Shown: positions 1 to 9,661, counted from the first letter of the stretch. The stretch is 64,000 nucleotides of DNA from an uncultured Chloroflexia bacterium (GCA_963707275.1 CAVPPH010000001.1:1116625-1180624), one strand, 5' to 3'. Notes: generated from the letters alone by a model not told the origin. Numbers and translations: made by a program.

Positions 1-2
1 AC

Positions 3-89
3 AAGCTGCAACTCGAGCGGCAGCAACTGGAGATCGAGCGGCTGCGGCTGGAACTGGAGAAGGAGCGGGGGAAGGGAGACGGGGTGTAG
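3..89 (+). CDS. C-terminal end of a coiled-coil-like protein (partial, enters from upstream)
   Basis: The frame is open from the window edge to TAG at 87-89. The tail reads KLQLERQQLEIERLRLELEKERGKGDGV. No family is recognisable. Confidence 0.3.
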   Translation, partial: KLQLERQQLEIERLRLELEKERGKGDGV

Positions 90-264
90 GGCACCGCCGA
101 ATCGCCGCCGATCGAAATCGGGGGCTGGCATGGAGCAAGCATGCTTGAGCAAGCTCGCGCACATGGCGCTTGGCTGTCATTTCGGCGAAGGCAAGAATGA
201 CGCGTAATCCCGATTACTCAGGTCACCCGGTCACCCTGTTGCCTTGTCACCCCCTCATCCGCAT

Positions 265-726
265 TCACGATCCCACCAGCGCCAACAGCAGCCTGCCCTG
301 ACTGCTGCGTTCGGCCATCCATCCCTCGTCAGCGTCGAAACTCACCTGCCACCAGCGCAGCCCGTCCAGGTCTACGGGACCACCGGTAACTGTCCCAGTG
401 GCGCCTTCGGTGACTGTGCGGAGCGTGTCGCCGGCCGGTTTGTTCTGGTAGCCGGGCGTCCGCCGCAGATTGACACCGCCTGCGAAGGTGATGTTGATGC
501 GGTCACCGGCGGCGAAGGATTGGCCTTCCGGGCGGCTGCTTTGGACAATTTCCGCGGCCGGTGCGACGGGTGTCCAGGCTGGTCCCGGCTTGAATTCGTT
601 GAGATTGCCGCCGGTCAACAGAATCACCAGCGCGACGAAGCTGCACAGCGCTAGCACGGCAAAGGTGAGCAACGCCCATGGTAGCGTGCGCCCAGTTGGC
701 TTGGCCGGTTCTGGTTGTGCGTTCAT
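265..726 (-). CDS. membrane-anchored protein with SH3b-like C-terminal domain
   Basis: Lies in ORF 265-762, with a likely start MNAQPEP at 726. It has one TM helix (LPWALLTFAVLALCSFVALVILL), then GDRINITFAGGVNLRRTPG...GLRWWQVSF, which resembles bacterial SH3. Confidence 0.5.
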   Translation of the reverse strand: MNAQPEPAKPTGRTLPWALLTFAVLALCSFVALVILLTGGNLNEFKPGPAWTPVAPAAEIVQSSRPEGQSFAAGDRINITFAGGVNLRRTPGYQNKPAGDTLRTVTEGATGTVTGGPVDLDGLRWWQVSFDADEGWMAERSSQGRLLLALVGS

Positions 727-790
727 GGCAGCAATTATAGCCCGCGCAGAGTGGCGCTGCAAGCGGCGAGTTGGGACGCGCTGGTGAGCG

Positions 791-799
791 TGTTATAAT
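791..799 (+). promoter_or_regulatory. candidate extended -10 element TGtTATAAT upstream of the phosphoesterase gene
   Basis: The sequence tgttataat reads directly at 791-799, about 85 nt before the ATG at 883. Confidence 0.3.
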
Positions 800-882
800 C
801 CCTGCCGCCGGATCAGCAGATCGAATCCGCTGCCTGAAATCGCAAAGCCGCATCAGCGGCTCAGAAGCTTTCGAGGTGAACA

Positions 883-1400
883 ATGCTAATTGCCGTGATG
901 TCCGATGTCCACGACAACGTCTGGAACCTGGCCGACGCGCTGGAAAAGATTGGCGCAGCCGGGGCGACCGCACTGATCTTCTGTGGCGACTTCTGCGCGC
1001 CGTTCACGTTGACGGAGATCGCGCAGGGCTTCGCTGGGCCGGTACACTGCGTCTTTGGCAACAACGACGGCGACCCGCGGCTGCTCCTGCGCAACGCCCA
1101 AGCGGCGGCAACGTGACAATCTACGGTCAATACGCCGAGTTGGAACTGGGCGGGCGGCGCATCGCCGTCAACCACTACCCGGAAATCGCGCGCAGGCTGG
1201 TGGAATCGCGCCAGTTCGATCTGGTGTGCTACGGCCACGATCATCGGGCACATGTCGAGCAGGTCGGCGCAGCTGTTCTTGCCAATCCGGGCGAAGTGAT
1301 GGGGCGTTTTGGCAGGCCGACCTTTGGCCTGTACGACTGCGCAACCGGCGAGTTTAGGCTGCATGATGTGCGCCACTACCCGGCAACGGGCGGCGCGTAG
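883..1400 (+). CDS. YfcE/MJ0936-type metallophosphoesterase (frame break near 1085-1116 as assembled)
   Basis: The N-terminal part MLIAVMSDVHDN...FCGDF...VFGNNDGD lies in ORF 883-1116. The C-terminal part NVTIYGQYAELELGGRRIAVNHYPE...CYGHDHRAH lies in the frame of ORF 771-1400. The calcineurin-like motifs DxH, GD, GNxD and GHxH are present. Confidence 0.75.
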
Positions 1401-1412
1401 GCAGGAGCAAGC

Positions 1413-2195
1413 ATGAAAGTCGGTGGAATGACCAATCCCCAGCGCGCTGTGCTGGACGAGATCAAGCAGGTGGCCGAGGACGGGTTCGACTTTGTGGACC
1501 TGACGTTGGAGGCGCCGAAGGCCGAGCCGCAGCAGATCGATGTGGCGGCGGTTCGGCGGGCGCTGGACGATACGGGGCTGGGCATCATTTGTCACGCGGC
1601 GCCGTATCTACCGATCAACAACCCGTCGGCGGCCGTTCGCCGCGCGGCGCTGGATGAGCTGCTGCGGTGCCTGGACACGGCGGCCGAGCTGGGCGCTGGG
1701 CTGATGACCACGCATTACGTCGGTTACCCCGGTTTCTGGCCTGAGGCGGCCGGCTATGAGCTGTATGCGCAGTTGTTCCAGCGGCTGTGCAGCGAAGGGG
1801 CAAAGCGCGGCGTGAATGTCGCCATGGAGAACCAGCCTGGCAACAGCCACCAGCTCAAGCCCTATCGCGAGATATTCGCTCGCTCGCCCCACCTTTATCT
1901 GTTGCTGGATGTCGGTCATGCCAATATCAACGTCCAGCGCAATCTGGCGCGCGAGTACCTGTTTGCGCTGGCTGACCGGCTGGCTCACGTGCATGTGTCA
2001 GACAACGATGGCGCGGCCGATCAACATTTGCCGCTGGGTACGCCGTCTAAACGGGGCGTTAGCTGGCGCAAGGTGGTGGCAGACCTCAAGTCGTTTGGCT
2101 ACGACGGCACGGTTACGATCGAAGTTTTCTCCACGGATCGAAGCTATCGGCGCGACAGCCTGGCTCGCTGGAACGATTGGTGGAGCGGCAAATAA
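1413..2195 (+). CDS. sugar phosphate isomerase/epimerase (xylose-isomerase-like TIM barrel)
   Basis: Intact 260-aa ORF. Its motifs ...VAMENQPG..., LLLDVGHANI and HVHVSDNDG are typical of the AP endonuclease 2/xylose isomerase-like fold. Confidence 0.75.
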   Translation: MKVGGMTNPQRAVLDEIKQVAEDGFDFVDLTLEAPKAEPQQIDVAAVRRALDDTGLGIICHAAPYLPINNPSAAVRRAALDELLRCLDTAAELGAGLMTTHYVGYPGFWPEAAGYELYAQLFQRLCSEGAKRGVNVAMENQPGNSHQLKPYREIFARSPHLYLLLDVGHANINVQRNLAREYLFALADRLAHVHVSDNDGAADQHLPLGTPSKRGVSWRKVVADLKSFGYDGTVTIEVFSTDRSYRRDSLARWNDWWSGK

Positions 2196-2211
2196 ACACG
2201 CAATACATCGC

Positions 2212-2288
2212 ATTTCGTGTAGTCGCTACACTACATACGCTAAACTGCCGTTCAACCGAAACGCTACAATTTACGCTATGCGAATCGC
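2212..2288 (+). repeat. dispersed intergenic repeat, family A, copy 1
   Basis: Shares ATTTCGTGTAGTCGCTAC(A/G)CTACA, TTCAACC and TACGCTATGCGAATCGC blocks with the reverse complement of 23380-23457. Confidence 0.6.
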
Positions 2289-2352
2289 CGCCAGACGCAC
2301 TGGCCAGTGTCTCGAAGGATCCAGGTGACACGCGAGAGGATCGAACAAGGTC

Positions 2353-3009
2353 TCAAGACAAATCATGTACTGGGCGGTGACGCAGCAGCAATAGCGGGGC
2401 AATAGCGACCAAAAGTAGCCCGATCGTGATCAGAATCGGGCCAGTTCCAAGTACAGCGGGGTGACCGTAGATAACGGCCAGCGGGGCGCGCAGTTTGAAG
2501 AGGTTGACCAGCGGAAGAGCGATGCTGAGTAGTGCGAGCAGCGCAACGACAGCAGCACTGGCAATCAGAGGAACTCGACGTAACAGCGGGTATGACAGCA
2601 GGGCGGCGAGGACGCAGATTGCAATCGCAACGGTCTGCTTGACAAACTCAGGCGTGGTGAGCAGCGAAGGCGTCCAGGCGGGCGGCAGCATCGACAGCGC
2701 GGCAGGGATCGCGAGCAGGTTGACCAGCCAGCGCAGCGGCATCCACAGCTTCAGTTCGCGGCGGTGCGCCAGCAAACTCATGCTGAGACTGATGGCGATC
2801 AACGGCAGCAGAAAGACCTCACGCGTCAGGTGCATCTGGCCACTGTGTACCTCCGCAATGAACTTGACATATTCCGCGAGATCGATTCCGGGAATACGCA
2901 GCCCGACCGGTGCGGCCCAGACCCACGCGCCCCAATATCCCAGGGCCGCCAACAGCCAGCCTGCCATGAGCAGAATAGTGGGGAGGTACGGACGGATGCG
3001 CTCAACCAT
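2353..3009 (-). CDS. polytopic membrane protein, unknown function
   Basis: Intact 218-aa ORF with about 6 hydrophobic helices. It is the last gene of the minus-strand glycan module. Confidence 0.55.
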   Translation of the reverse strand: MVERIRPYLPTILLMAGWLLAALGYWGAWVWAAPVGLRIPGIDLAEYVKFIAEVHSGQMHLTREVFLLPLIAISLSMSLLAHRRELKLWMPLRWLVNLLAIPAALSMLPPAWTPSLLTTPEFVKQTVAIAICVLAALLSYPLLRRVPLIASAAVVALLALLSIALPLVNLFKLRAPLAVIYGHPAVLGTGPILITIGLLLVAIAPLLLLRHRPVHDLS

Positions 3010-3041
3010 GCAGCACCTGCTGGTAGGTCTGCCAGAGGGTT

Positions 3042-4136
3042 TCAGCCGAGCGACGCCAGGTAAAGCGCGCTGTGTGACGTAAGACCGCGGTCGCGCAGCG
3101 CGTCACGCAGCTTATGGTCGTCGATCAGTCGCTGCAGGGCCGCTGCCAACTCATCTTCGTTGCGTGCATCGACCAACAGCGCTGCATCGCCGGCTGCTTC
3201 GGGCAGCGATGAGTTGTTCGCGCAGACGACCGGTGTGCCGCAAGCCAGCGCCTCCAGCACCGGGATGCCGAAGCCTTCGTATAGCGATGGGAAAGCAAAA
3301 ACGTCGGATGCTGAGTACAACGCGGGCAGATCAGCGTCGGCAACGAACCCGGCTAGCACGATGTCTTCCCGGAATGGCGAAGCTTCGATAGCCGCGAATA
3401 TCTCGTCGGCCAGCCAGCCCTTACCACCGGCGAAGACCAGGCGGTGGGGCAATGCGGTAGTTTGGCGCAGCGTCGTCCAGGCGCGGATGAGGGCGGGCCA
3501 GTTCTTGCGCGGCTCCAGCGTGCCGACACCCAGCACGAACGGTTTGTCGCCGATGTTGTAGCGTTGCCGGACGCGCTGAAGTTCAGCGGGGTTGTCAACA
3601 GGTGTGAAGCGGGCATCGACGCCAGGGGTGACCACCGTTACCTTGTCAGCCGGTGTTTGCAGAAGCCTGATCAGGTCGTCCTTGGTTGCCTGGCTGTCGG
3701 CCAGGATATGATCGGCCCGGGCCACCGAGCGCGGCACGACATCGGCAAGATAGCTGCGCAGGCTCGCGTCGGCGCATTGTGGCACGGTCAGAAAGCTGAG
3801 GTCGTGGACGGTCAGGAGGGTGCGCGCTTTGCGCACGGGCGGGAGAACGAAGTCGCTGGCGTGGTAGAGGTCGTGGCTGCCAGCGAAAACCTCAACCGGT
3901 AGCGGTAGCCGCGCACGGTGCCAGCCAATCGTCAGCCAGCGGTTAGGCACGGGAACCACCCGGTACGACATGCCGGCGGGCGGTTGGGGCAGCGGTGCAT
4001 CGCTGCGCCCAAACACCAGTAGTGTGGTTGACGCCGCGCCGGCCAGCGGCGCCAGCGCGCTCACCAACTCGCGGGTGTGGCGGCCAATGCCAGCACCCTG
4101 ATGCACCGCCGGTGTGTAGTCGATGACGAGGCGCAC
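3042..4136 (-). CDS. glycosyltransferase family 4 (GT-B, retaining)
   Basis: Intact 364-aa ORF with C-terminal ...FAFPSLYEGFGIPVLEALACGTPVV..., the E-x7-E GT4 signature region. Confidence 0.85.
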   Translation of the reverse strand: MRLVIDYTPAVHQGAGIGRHTRELVSALAPLAGAASTTLLVFGRSDAPLPQPPAGMSYRVVPVPNRWLTIGWHRARLPLPVEVFAGSHDLYHASDFVLPPVRKARTLLTVHDLSFLTVPQCADASLRSYLADVVPRSVARADHILADSQATKDDLIRLLQTPADKVTVVTPGVDARFTPVDNPAELQRVRQRYNIGDKPFVLGVGTLEPRKNWPALIRAWTTLRQTTALPHRLVFAGGKGWLADEIFAAIEASPFREDIVLAGFVADADLPALYSASDVFAFPSLYEGFGIPVLEALACGTPVVCANNSSLPEAAGDAALLVDARNEDELAAALQRLIDDHKLRDALRDRGLTSHSALYLASLG

Positions 4137-4142
4137 GCTGGG

Positions 4143-4647
4143 CTACTGGATCCCCTTGTACGTCCAGACGCGGTTTGCGCCGTAGTTCCAGAAGAGCACG
4201 ACGCCGATAGCGATGACCTTGGCGATCAGGTAGGCAAACGGGTCGTCCAGAACACCGGAGAAGATCGGGTGCAGCCCGAGCACGATGGCCTCGTTGATTG
4301 CCAGCCCGATCAGGTTGACTACAGTGAATTGCACCAACTGGCTGGCAATCGGCCGCGTCGCGGCTTTCGGGAAACGTCCAGAAGCGGTTCAGCACGAAGT
4401 TGTTGATCACGGCAATGCTGAACCCCAACGCCACGGCTAGTGTCAGCGGCAGCCCCAGTATCTCCTTCGAGAAGGTCAACACCGTCAGATCGACCACCAT
4501 GCCGATGGCGCCGACAATCGCGAACTTGATGAAACGCGTCAGCTCGGTCGGATTGAGGCCGGTGCGAGCCGACAGGCGCCGGATGAACCGGTTTGGCAAG
4601 GACATGGACATTTCAGGGCTAACTGCCTGTGACATTCGTACGATCAC
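4143..4647 (-). CDS. GtrA-family membrane protein (frame break near 4340-4375 as assembled)
   Basis: The N-terminal half ...FIKFAIVGAIGMVVDLTVL...NNFVLNRFWTF lies in the frame of ORF 3943-4647. The C-terminal half VQFTVVNLIGLAINEAIV...FWNYGANRVWTYK lies in ORF 4143-4337. Confidence 0.7.
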
Positions 4648-6155
4648 TCCAGATCAGGGCGTTGTAGGTGGGTTTCATTCGGGTTCAATACCGCTAGCAG
4701 TCCGAGCATCAGCGCCATAACCAGGTATATGTGCTGAACCCACAGGTTGTCGAAAACGTTGTGTACCGTCGCGTGAACCAGGCCACCGAGCACCCCTGCG
4801 CCCACCGCGGCAACAAAGCGCCGGTTGTTGGCTGCACCGCGCAGCGCCTGCCAGATGCTGGCACACCACAACACCAGATAGCTCAACAACCCCAGCACGC
4901 CTGACTCGCCGGCCACGTTCAGGTAGACATTGTGTGCGTGGCCCAGCGCGTCCTGCCAGCGTGGAAGCCGGTACAATTCGTAGGCTACCGCATAGTTGCC
5001 CGGCCCAACGCCAAGCCAGAAATGGTCGGTCCACATATTGATGGCTGCCTGCCAGTGGGCAAGGCGCTCGACGACCGAAAAGCTCGCGTCGGTCACCTCA
5101 GTACGCGTGACATCGCCGATGCCGATGTAGCTGCCCAGATCACCGACGCGTGCGCTGATCGACGGCGGCAACAGACTCACCAAGCCAAATGTTACCGCGA
5201 TCACGGCAACCACGATAGCGATCAAAACCAGAACAGGTGCGGCTCGACGGGCGTGTGCCAGAAAGACCACCAGCAGCGCAGCCGCCAGCCCCAGCCAGGC
5301 GCCACGGCTCCAGCTCACCAGTACGCCCAGGCAGATGATCACTGCTGCCAACGGCAGCGCGATTCGCTGCCATCGCCTGGGAACAAGATCTATCACCAGT
5401 CTGCCTTGGCCGCGCCGCGCCGCGCGTGCCGCTGTCCATGCCCAGATCGCCAGGCTCACGGCCAGCGGCGCGGCCAGTCCAAGGTATCCGGCGAACGGGT
5501 TCGGCTGGCGAAATGTGCCGTAGGCCCGCAGGAAGCGGCCCATCAGCACGAACTCGTCTGGCCCGGACTGCGTCGCAAACTGGCGGAGACCCAGGATCGC
5601 CTGACTAACCGCAGCCAGCAACAATCCCGCTACCAGCCAGCCAGCCCGTTCAGCAGGCAGCGCAGCCACGACCACCACATAAAGCGCCAGCACCTGAATC
5701 CACTTCAGCAGCTCAGGCAGCCCTTCGCGGTAGCTCTGAGCGCCCAGCAACGCCACGGCCTGGATGCCCGCAAACAGCAGCAACGGAATGAGCAGCGGCA
5801 AGCGGGGCACAGTAATGCTGTGCCGAACAGCGCTCTGCGCCAGCCAGGCCGCGACGGTCAGCGCCAGCAGCAGATCTGCGCCGTCCAACGCCACACCACC
5901 GACTGAGAGCGGCCAGGCAGACGCCCAGGGAATCGCAACCGCCAGCGCAACCAGACCGATCCATGGCCGGATCAATACTGCCAGCGTAACGGCGGCAGCA
6001 GCCAATAGCACCACGCCCGCGCTCAGCGGCAGTAGCGTGATTGCGGTCACGCCTACGAGCAGCAGCCCCAGCACAAACAAAGGAGCGGGAGGTGCCTGGA
6101 TCGGCGGCAGCTTCGCAGCCAGATGGGTTCGCGGAATGTGCTGCATGTTCACCAC
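4644..6155 (-). CDS. O-antigen ligase / Wzy_C-family polytopic membrane protein
   Basis: Intact 503-aa ORF with more than 10 TM helices. It has a periplasmic loop ...HAHNVYLNVAGESGVLGL..., the conserved His-containing Wzy_C/WaaL-like motif. Its stop abuts the GtrA start. Confidence 0.7.
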   Translation of the reverse strand: MVNMQHIPRTHLAAKLPPIQAPPAPLFVLGLLLVGVTAITLLPLSAGVVLLAAAAVTLAVLIRPWIGLVALAVAIPWASAWPLSVGGVALDGADLLLALTVAAWLAQSAVRHSITVPRLPLLIPLLLFAGIQAVALLGAQSYREGLPELLKWIQVLALYVVVVAALPAERAGWLVAGLLLAAVSQAILGLRQFATQSGPDEFVLMGRFLRAYGTFRQPNPFAGYLGLAAPLAVSLAIWAWTAARAARRGQGRLVIDLVPRRWQRIALPLAAVIICLGVLVSWSRGAWLGLAAALLVVFLAHARRAAPVLVLIAIVVAVIAVTFGLVSLLPPSISARVGDLGSYIGIGDVTRTEVTDASFSVVERLAHWQAAINMWTDHFWLGVGPGNYAVAYELYRLPRWQDALGHAHNVYLNVAGESGVLGLLSYLVLWCASIWQALRGAANNRRFVAAVGAGVLGGLVHATVHNVFDNLWVQHIYLVMALMLGLLAVLNPNETHLQRPDLE

Positions 6156-6321
6156 AGCTTACTGCTATCTCGCCATTCCCACCTATGCGGGAGTGACCGA
6201 CGTGCGATTGCCGCCAGCATGTCACGGGCCAAGTGGTCTTGTACCATCGTTAAAGTACTTTGTCAAAACCGGAGTCTTGCGGGTGATAGCATGTCTTACG
6301 CGTTGTAAGGTGTCAGGATTT

Positions 6322-6348
6322 TTGCCACTTTCGAGCGCGTGGTATAAT
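6322..6348 (+). promoter_or_regulatory. candidate sigma70-type promoter of dsbA-vkor (TTGCCA-N15-TGgTATAAT)
   Basis: ttgcca at 6322-6327 and tggtataat at 6340-6348. A GAGGA ribosome-binding site precedes the ATG at 6395. Confidence 0.4.
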
Positions 6349-6394
6349 GCGCCGCAGCCAGCCGCCTGGCGCAATCAACCTATCTGAGGATACC

Positions 6395-7168
6395 ATGGCC
6401 AAGAAAAAGAAGTCGCGAACGCCAAACGTTCCAACAAGTACGACCCCGACGACCAGCTCTACTTCACAGAAGAAGAGCAGCAAGTCGGCCAGCGCACGCA
6501 AGAAAGATCGGACCACGACCTATCTGTTGATCGCCGGCGCCGCCATAGCTGTAGCAGTTATTGCGCTGATCGTCCTGCAGAACCGCAGCACGGCCAAGGT
6601 GTCGGTGCCCCCGGTTGCAGCAGCCGGGGCAGTGGCGGAGTTGAACGACCGAAATACACAGGGCCCGGCAGATGCGCCGGTGACGGTCATGGTCTTTTCT
6701 GATTTCGAGTGCCCGGCTTGCAAGAGCTTTGCAACTGGCGCTGAGAAGCAGATTGTCGACGAATACGTGAGTACGGGCAAGGTGCGGTTTGAGTACAAGC
6801 ATTTCCCGCTGCCGCAACATAACCCCAGCGCAACGCAGGGCGCACTGGCCGCTGAGTGCGCAGCTGATCAGGGCCAGTTCTGGCCGATGCATGATTACCT
6901 GTTCCAGGAAGCTGGCAAGGCTGGCACCAGCACCTTCACGCTGAGCCGGTTGCGCTCCATGTCGGACGCGCTGGGTCTGGACACCGCTGCGTTCAGCAAA
7001 TGCGTCAGCGAGTCGCAATACGCGCAAAAGGTGCGTGAGGACATCCGTGACGGTCAACAGATGGGCGTCAACGCAACGCCGACGATCTACGTCAATGGCC
7101 AGAAGGTTGACAACTCCTACCCGCTGATCAAGGCCAAGATCGACGAAGCGCTGGCTCAACAGGGCTAG
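6395..7168 (+). CDS. membrane-anchored DsbA-family thiol:disulfide oxidoreductase
   Basis: Lies in ORF 6347-7168, with a likely start MAKKKKSR. It has a Lys/Ser/Thr-rich tail, one TM helix, and a thioredoxin fold with FECPACKSF (CxxC). Confidence 0.8.
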   Translation: MAKKKKSRTPNVPTSTTPTTSSTSQKKSSKSASARKKDRTTTYLLIAGAAIAVAVIALIVLQNRSTAKVSVPPVAAAGAVAELNDRNTQGPADAPVTVMVFSDFECPACKSFATGAEKQIVDEYVSTGKVRFEYKHFPLPQHNPSATQGALAAECAADQGQFWPMHDYLFQEAGKAGTSTFTLSRLRSMSDALGLDTAAFSKCVSESQYAQKVREDIRDGQQMGVNATPTIYVNGQKVDNSYPLIKAKIDEALAQQG

Positions 7169-7169
7169 C

Positions 7170-7625
7170 ATGGAGAGTACAAGACCCTGGCTTGCCAGAC
7201 TACAACTGATACTAGTCGTCGCCGGGATTGGCATCGCCGGCTACCTGACATACGTCAAGCTCTTTGCAATCGAACCCTATTGCGCCGGCGTCGGCAACTG
7301 CGAGGCCGTTCAGACGAGCCCGTACGCTGAACTGCTCGGCGTGCCGGTCGCCATTTGGGGACTGCTGACCTACCTGGCCCTGCTAGCGCTGGTTCTGGTG
7401 AAACGTTCAGACTGGCGCGATCTGGGCCATCCGGCAGGCATGGCGATCTTCCTGGTCACTTTGATTGGCGTGATTTTCTCGGCTTACCTGACCTACCTTG
7501 AGCTTTTCGTGATCCACGCCATCTGCCCGTGGTGCGTGGCGTCGGCTGTGGTAATGGTGGCCCTGTTCATCCTGTCGATCATCGAGATGTTTTTCACCGG
7601 AGAAGCGGACGAAGAAGCTGCCTGA
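7170..7625 (+). CDS. vitamin K epoxide reductase (VKOR) family protein
   Basis: Intact 151-aa ORF with 4 TM helices, loop cysteines CAGVGNC and the active-site CPWC. It starts 2 nt after the dsbA stop. Confidence 0.8.
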   Translation: MESTRPWLARLQLILVVAGIGIAGYLTYVKLFAIEPYCAGVGNCEAVQTSPYAELLGVPVAIWGLLTYLALLALVLVKRSDWRDLGHPAGMAIFLVTLIGVIFSAYLTYLELFVIHAICPWCVASAVVMVALFILSIIEMFFTGEADEEAA

Positions 7626-7643
7626 CGGCGTCTCCTTGTTTTT

Positions 7644-7700
7644 CAAGCACGCGAAGAGCGACGGTTGGTTTAGTACCAACCGTCGCTCTTCGCGTGCTTG
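7644..7700. repeat. perfect 26-bp-stem / 5-nt-loop inverted repeat
   Basis: caagcacgcgaagagcgacggttggt (7644-7669) is the exact reverse complement of 7675-7700. It sits between the convergent vkor and mtnP genes. Confidence 0.9.
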
Positions 7701-7828
7701 ACTACCAGCGCGTCCGTGAAACCCAGGCTGGCGCGGTCGGCCCTTCGACCAACCTCAGGGTGCTTCGCAAAGACCGGCCAGAGCGGGGGCAGGGAGAGCA
7801 GGAAGCTGAAACCGGGCGTCACCCAGCA

Positions 7829-8714
7829 TCAGCTCGTCATGTACTTGCCCAGAAAAAGCTCCAGCTGCTGCCGGGCCTGCTCCGGCCACAGGTTGGGCTG
7901 CGTCGTAATCCCATCCCTGAGCGCATCGCGTTGCGGGCTGGGACCAGCCTCAGCCAACATGCTGACCGCCTGGCGCACCGCGTGGCGGGCTGTCTCGGTG
8001 TTCTTGTTGAGCATACGAATGATCGCTTCCACGGTCACCGGTCCTTCACCCTCGTGCCACACGTCGTAATCGGTGACGTGCGCCATGACCGCGTAGCTCA
8101 TCTCCGCCTCACGCGCCAAAAATGCCTCGGGTACGGTCGTCATGCCGATCACTGAAATGCCGAGCTGGCGGAAGATGCGGCTCTCTGCCTTGGTGCTGAA
8201 ACGCGGCCCCTCGATGGTGACGTAGGTGCCACCAAAGTGCGAGCGCGCGCCCGTCTGCTGGACGGCCCGGTAACACACCTCCGACAGATACTCACAGAAC
8301 GGATTCGCTACCGAGACGTGGATCACAACTCCTTGCGTGCCGACCGCCGGATCATCGAAGTAAGACAGCGGGCGCAACCGAGTACGGTCGTAGAGTTGAT
8401 CGGGGACCACGAAGTCGCCCGGGTGGATCTGCTCCTGCAGGCTGCCGCAGGCGCTGACCGCGATCAGATATTCTACGCCCAGCTTCTTGAAGCCCCATAT
8501 GTTGGCGCGCGAGTTGAGCTGCGTCGGGCTGATGCGATGGCCGCGGCCGTGGCGGCTGAGGAAGGCGACCCGTTGGCCATCCATCGTACCGAGAATGTAC
8601 GAGTCAGAAGGGGGGCCGAACGGGGTGTCGAGCGCGACCTCTTCCACATCCTTCAGTGCGCTGAGCGTCGTACACCCCGGTGCCGCCCAGCACGCCAATT
8701 CGAACAGGTTCCAT
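7829..8714 (-). CDS. mtnP: S-methyl-5'-thioadenosine phosphorylase (N-terminal frame break near 8660 as assembled)
   Basis: ORF 7829-8722 carries ...TPFGPPSDSYILGTMDGQRVAFLSRHGRGHRISPTQLNSRANIWG.... The true N-terminus MEPVRIGVLGGTGVYDAQ is in another frame, starting at ATG 8714. Confidence 0.85.
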
Positions 8715-8743
8715 GTCAACACGTCCTTTCTGGCTGCTTCTGG

Positions 8744-9605
8744 CTACCAGAAGCCGGTTTCAACGCGGTATCCAGCCGCCTCGGCCGCGCTGGCTGTGGC
8801 GGCGACAATCTCAGCGTGCAGGCGCCCGTTGCTGGCTACCAGACCCTGCCGCTGGCGCACGTCAGGCTTGTTGTACTGCAACGGGCGGCCCCAGCTGTCG
8901 CTGATCGCACCGCCTGCCGCCCGCAGAATCGCCTCAGGTGCACAGGTATCCCATTCCTTCAGACCCGGCGACGGATGGATGTAGAGGTCGCAAACCGCCG
9001 TCGCCAGCAGGCCAACTTTCAAGCCAACGCTGCCGCTGGGGCGATCCTGGGTGATGCCAAGCTCCTGGCAGACGGCGCTGACCAGCGGGTCCCGGTGGGA
9101 ACGGCTGGCCACCAGGCGCATGTCCACCGCCTGATCGATGGCTGAGACGGCCAGCGGAGCGGGTTGGCCATTGGTGACGACCTCTGCGATAACTCCAGGC
9201 ACGCCGCGGAACAGCATGTCAGCCACCGGTTGGTAGACCACGCCCAGAGCCGGCGCGCCGTCGATGGCCAGGCCCACCATGACCGCGAACTCACCGATCT
9301 TGCCGATGAACTCCTTGGTGCCGTCCAGCGGGTCGATGATCCAGACCCGGCTGCGCGCCAGGCGATAGGTGTTGTCTGCCAATTCTTCGGCCAGAATGCC
9401 GTCATCGGGGAAGGCAGCGCGCAGCCCGGCTACCAAATGCGCATTCGCGGCGTGGTCCGCGGCGGTCACCGGGTCGTTGACTCCCTTCCAGGTGACTTCG
9501 ACGCCGTTCTCATAGAAGGTGCGCACCAGCGCGCCCGCTTCGCGCACCAGCCGCTCGACCAGCGGCAACTCGTTATCCAGCAAATCCTGATACTGCAAAT
9601 TCAAT
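8744..9605 (-). CDS. inositol-monophosphatase-family phosphatase, CysQ-like 3'(2'),5'-bisphosphate nucleotidase
   Basis: Motifs DPVTAAD, WIIDPLDGTKEF and WDTCAPEAILRAAGG are present. The annotated ORF extends to 9802 across the ssrA terminator and tmRNA 3' end, so I moved the start to a TTG after ACAGGAG (9605 or 9599). Confidence 0.7.
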
Positions 9606-9620
9606 TGCTCCTGTCGTTCA

Positions 9621-9657
9621 ACAAAAACATGGGGCTGACCGTTGAGGGTCAGCCCCA
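9621..9657 (-). terminator. intrinsic terminator of ssrA
   Basis: On the minus strand, GGGGCTGACC-loop-GGTCAGCCCC is followed by ATGTTTTTGTT, a few nt after the tmRNA 3' end. Confidence 0.6.
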
Positions 9658-9661
9658 TCCA

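Noticed and set aside
90-264. Small palindromes and a GGTCACCC tandem duplication downstream of the SH3-like gene (caagcatgcttg; gtaatcccgattac; ggtcacccggtcaccc)
   Set aside because: They are short, have no T-tract and do not recur elsewhere in the window. There is insufficient signal to call a terminator or element.
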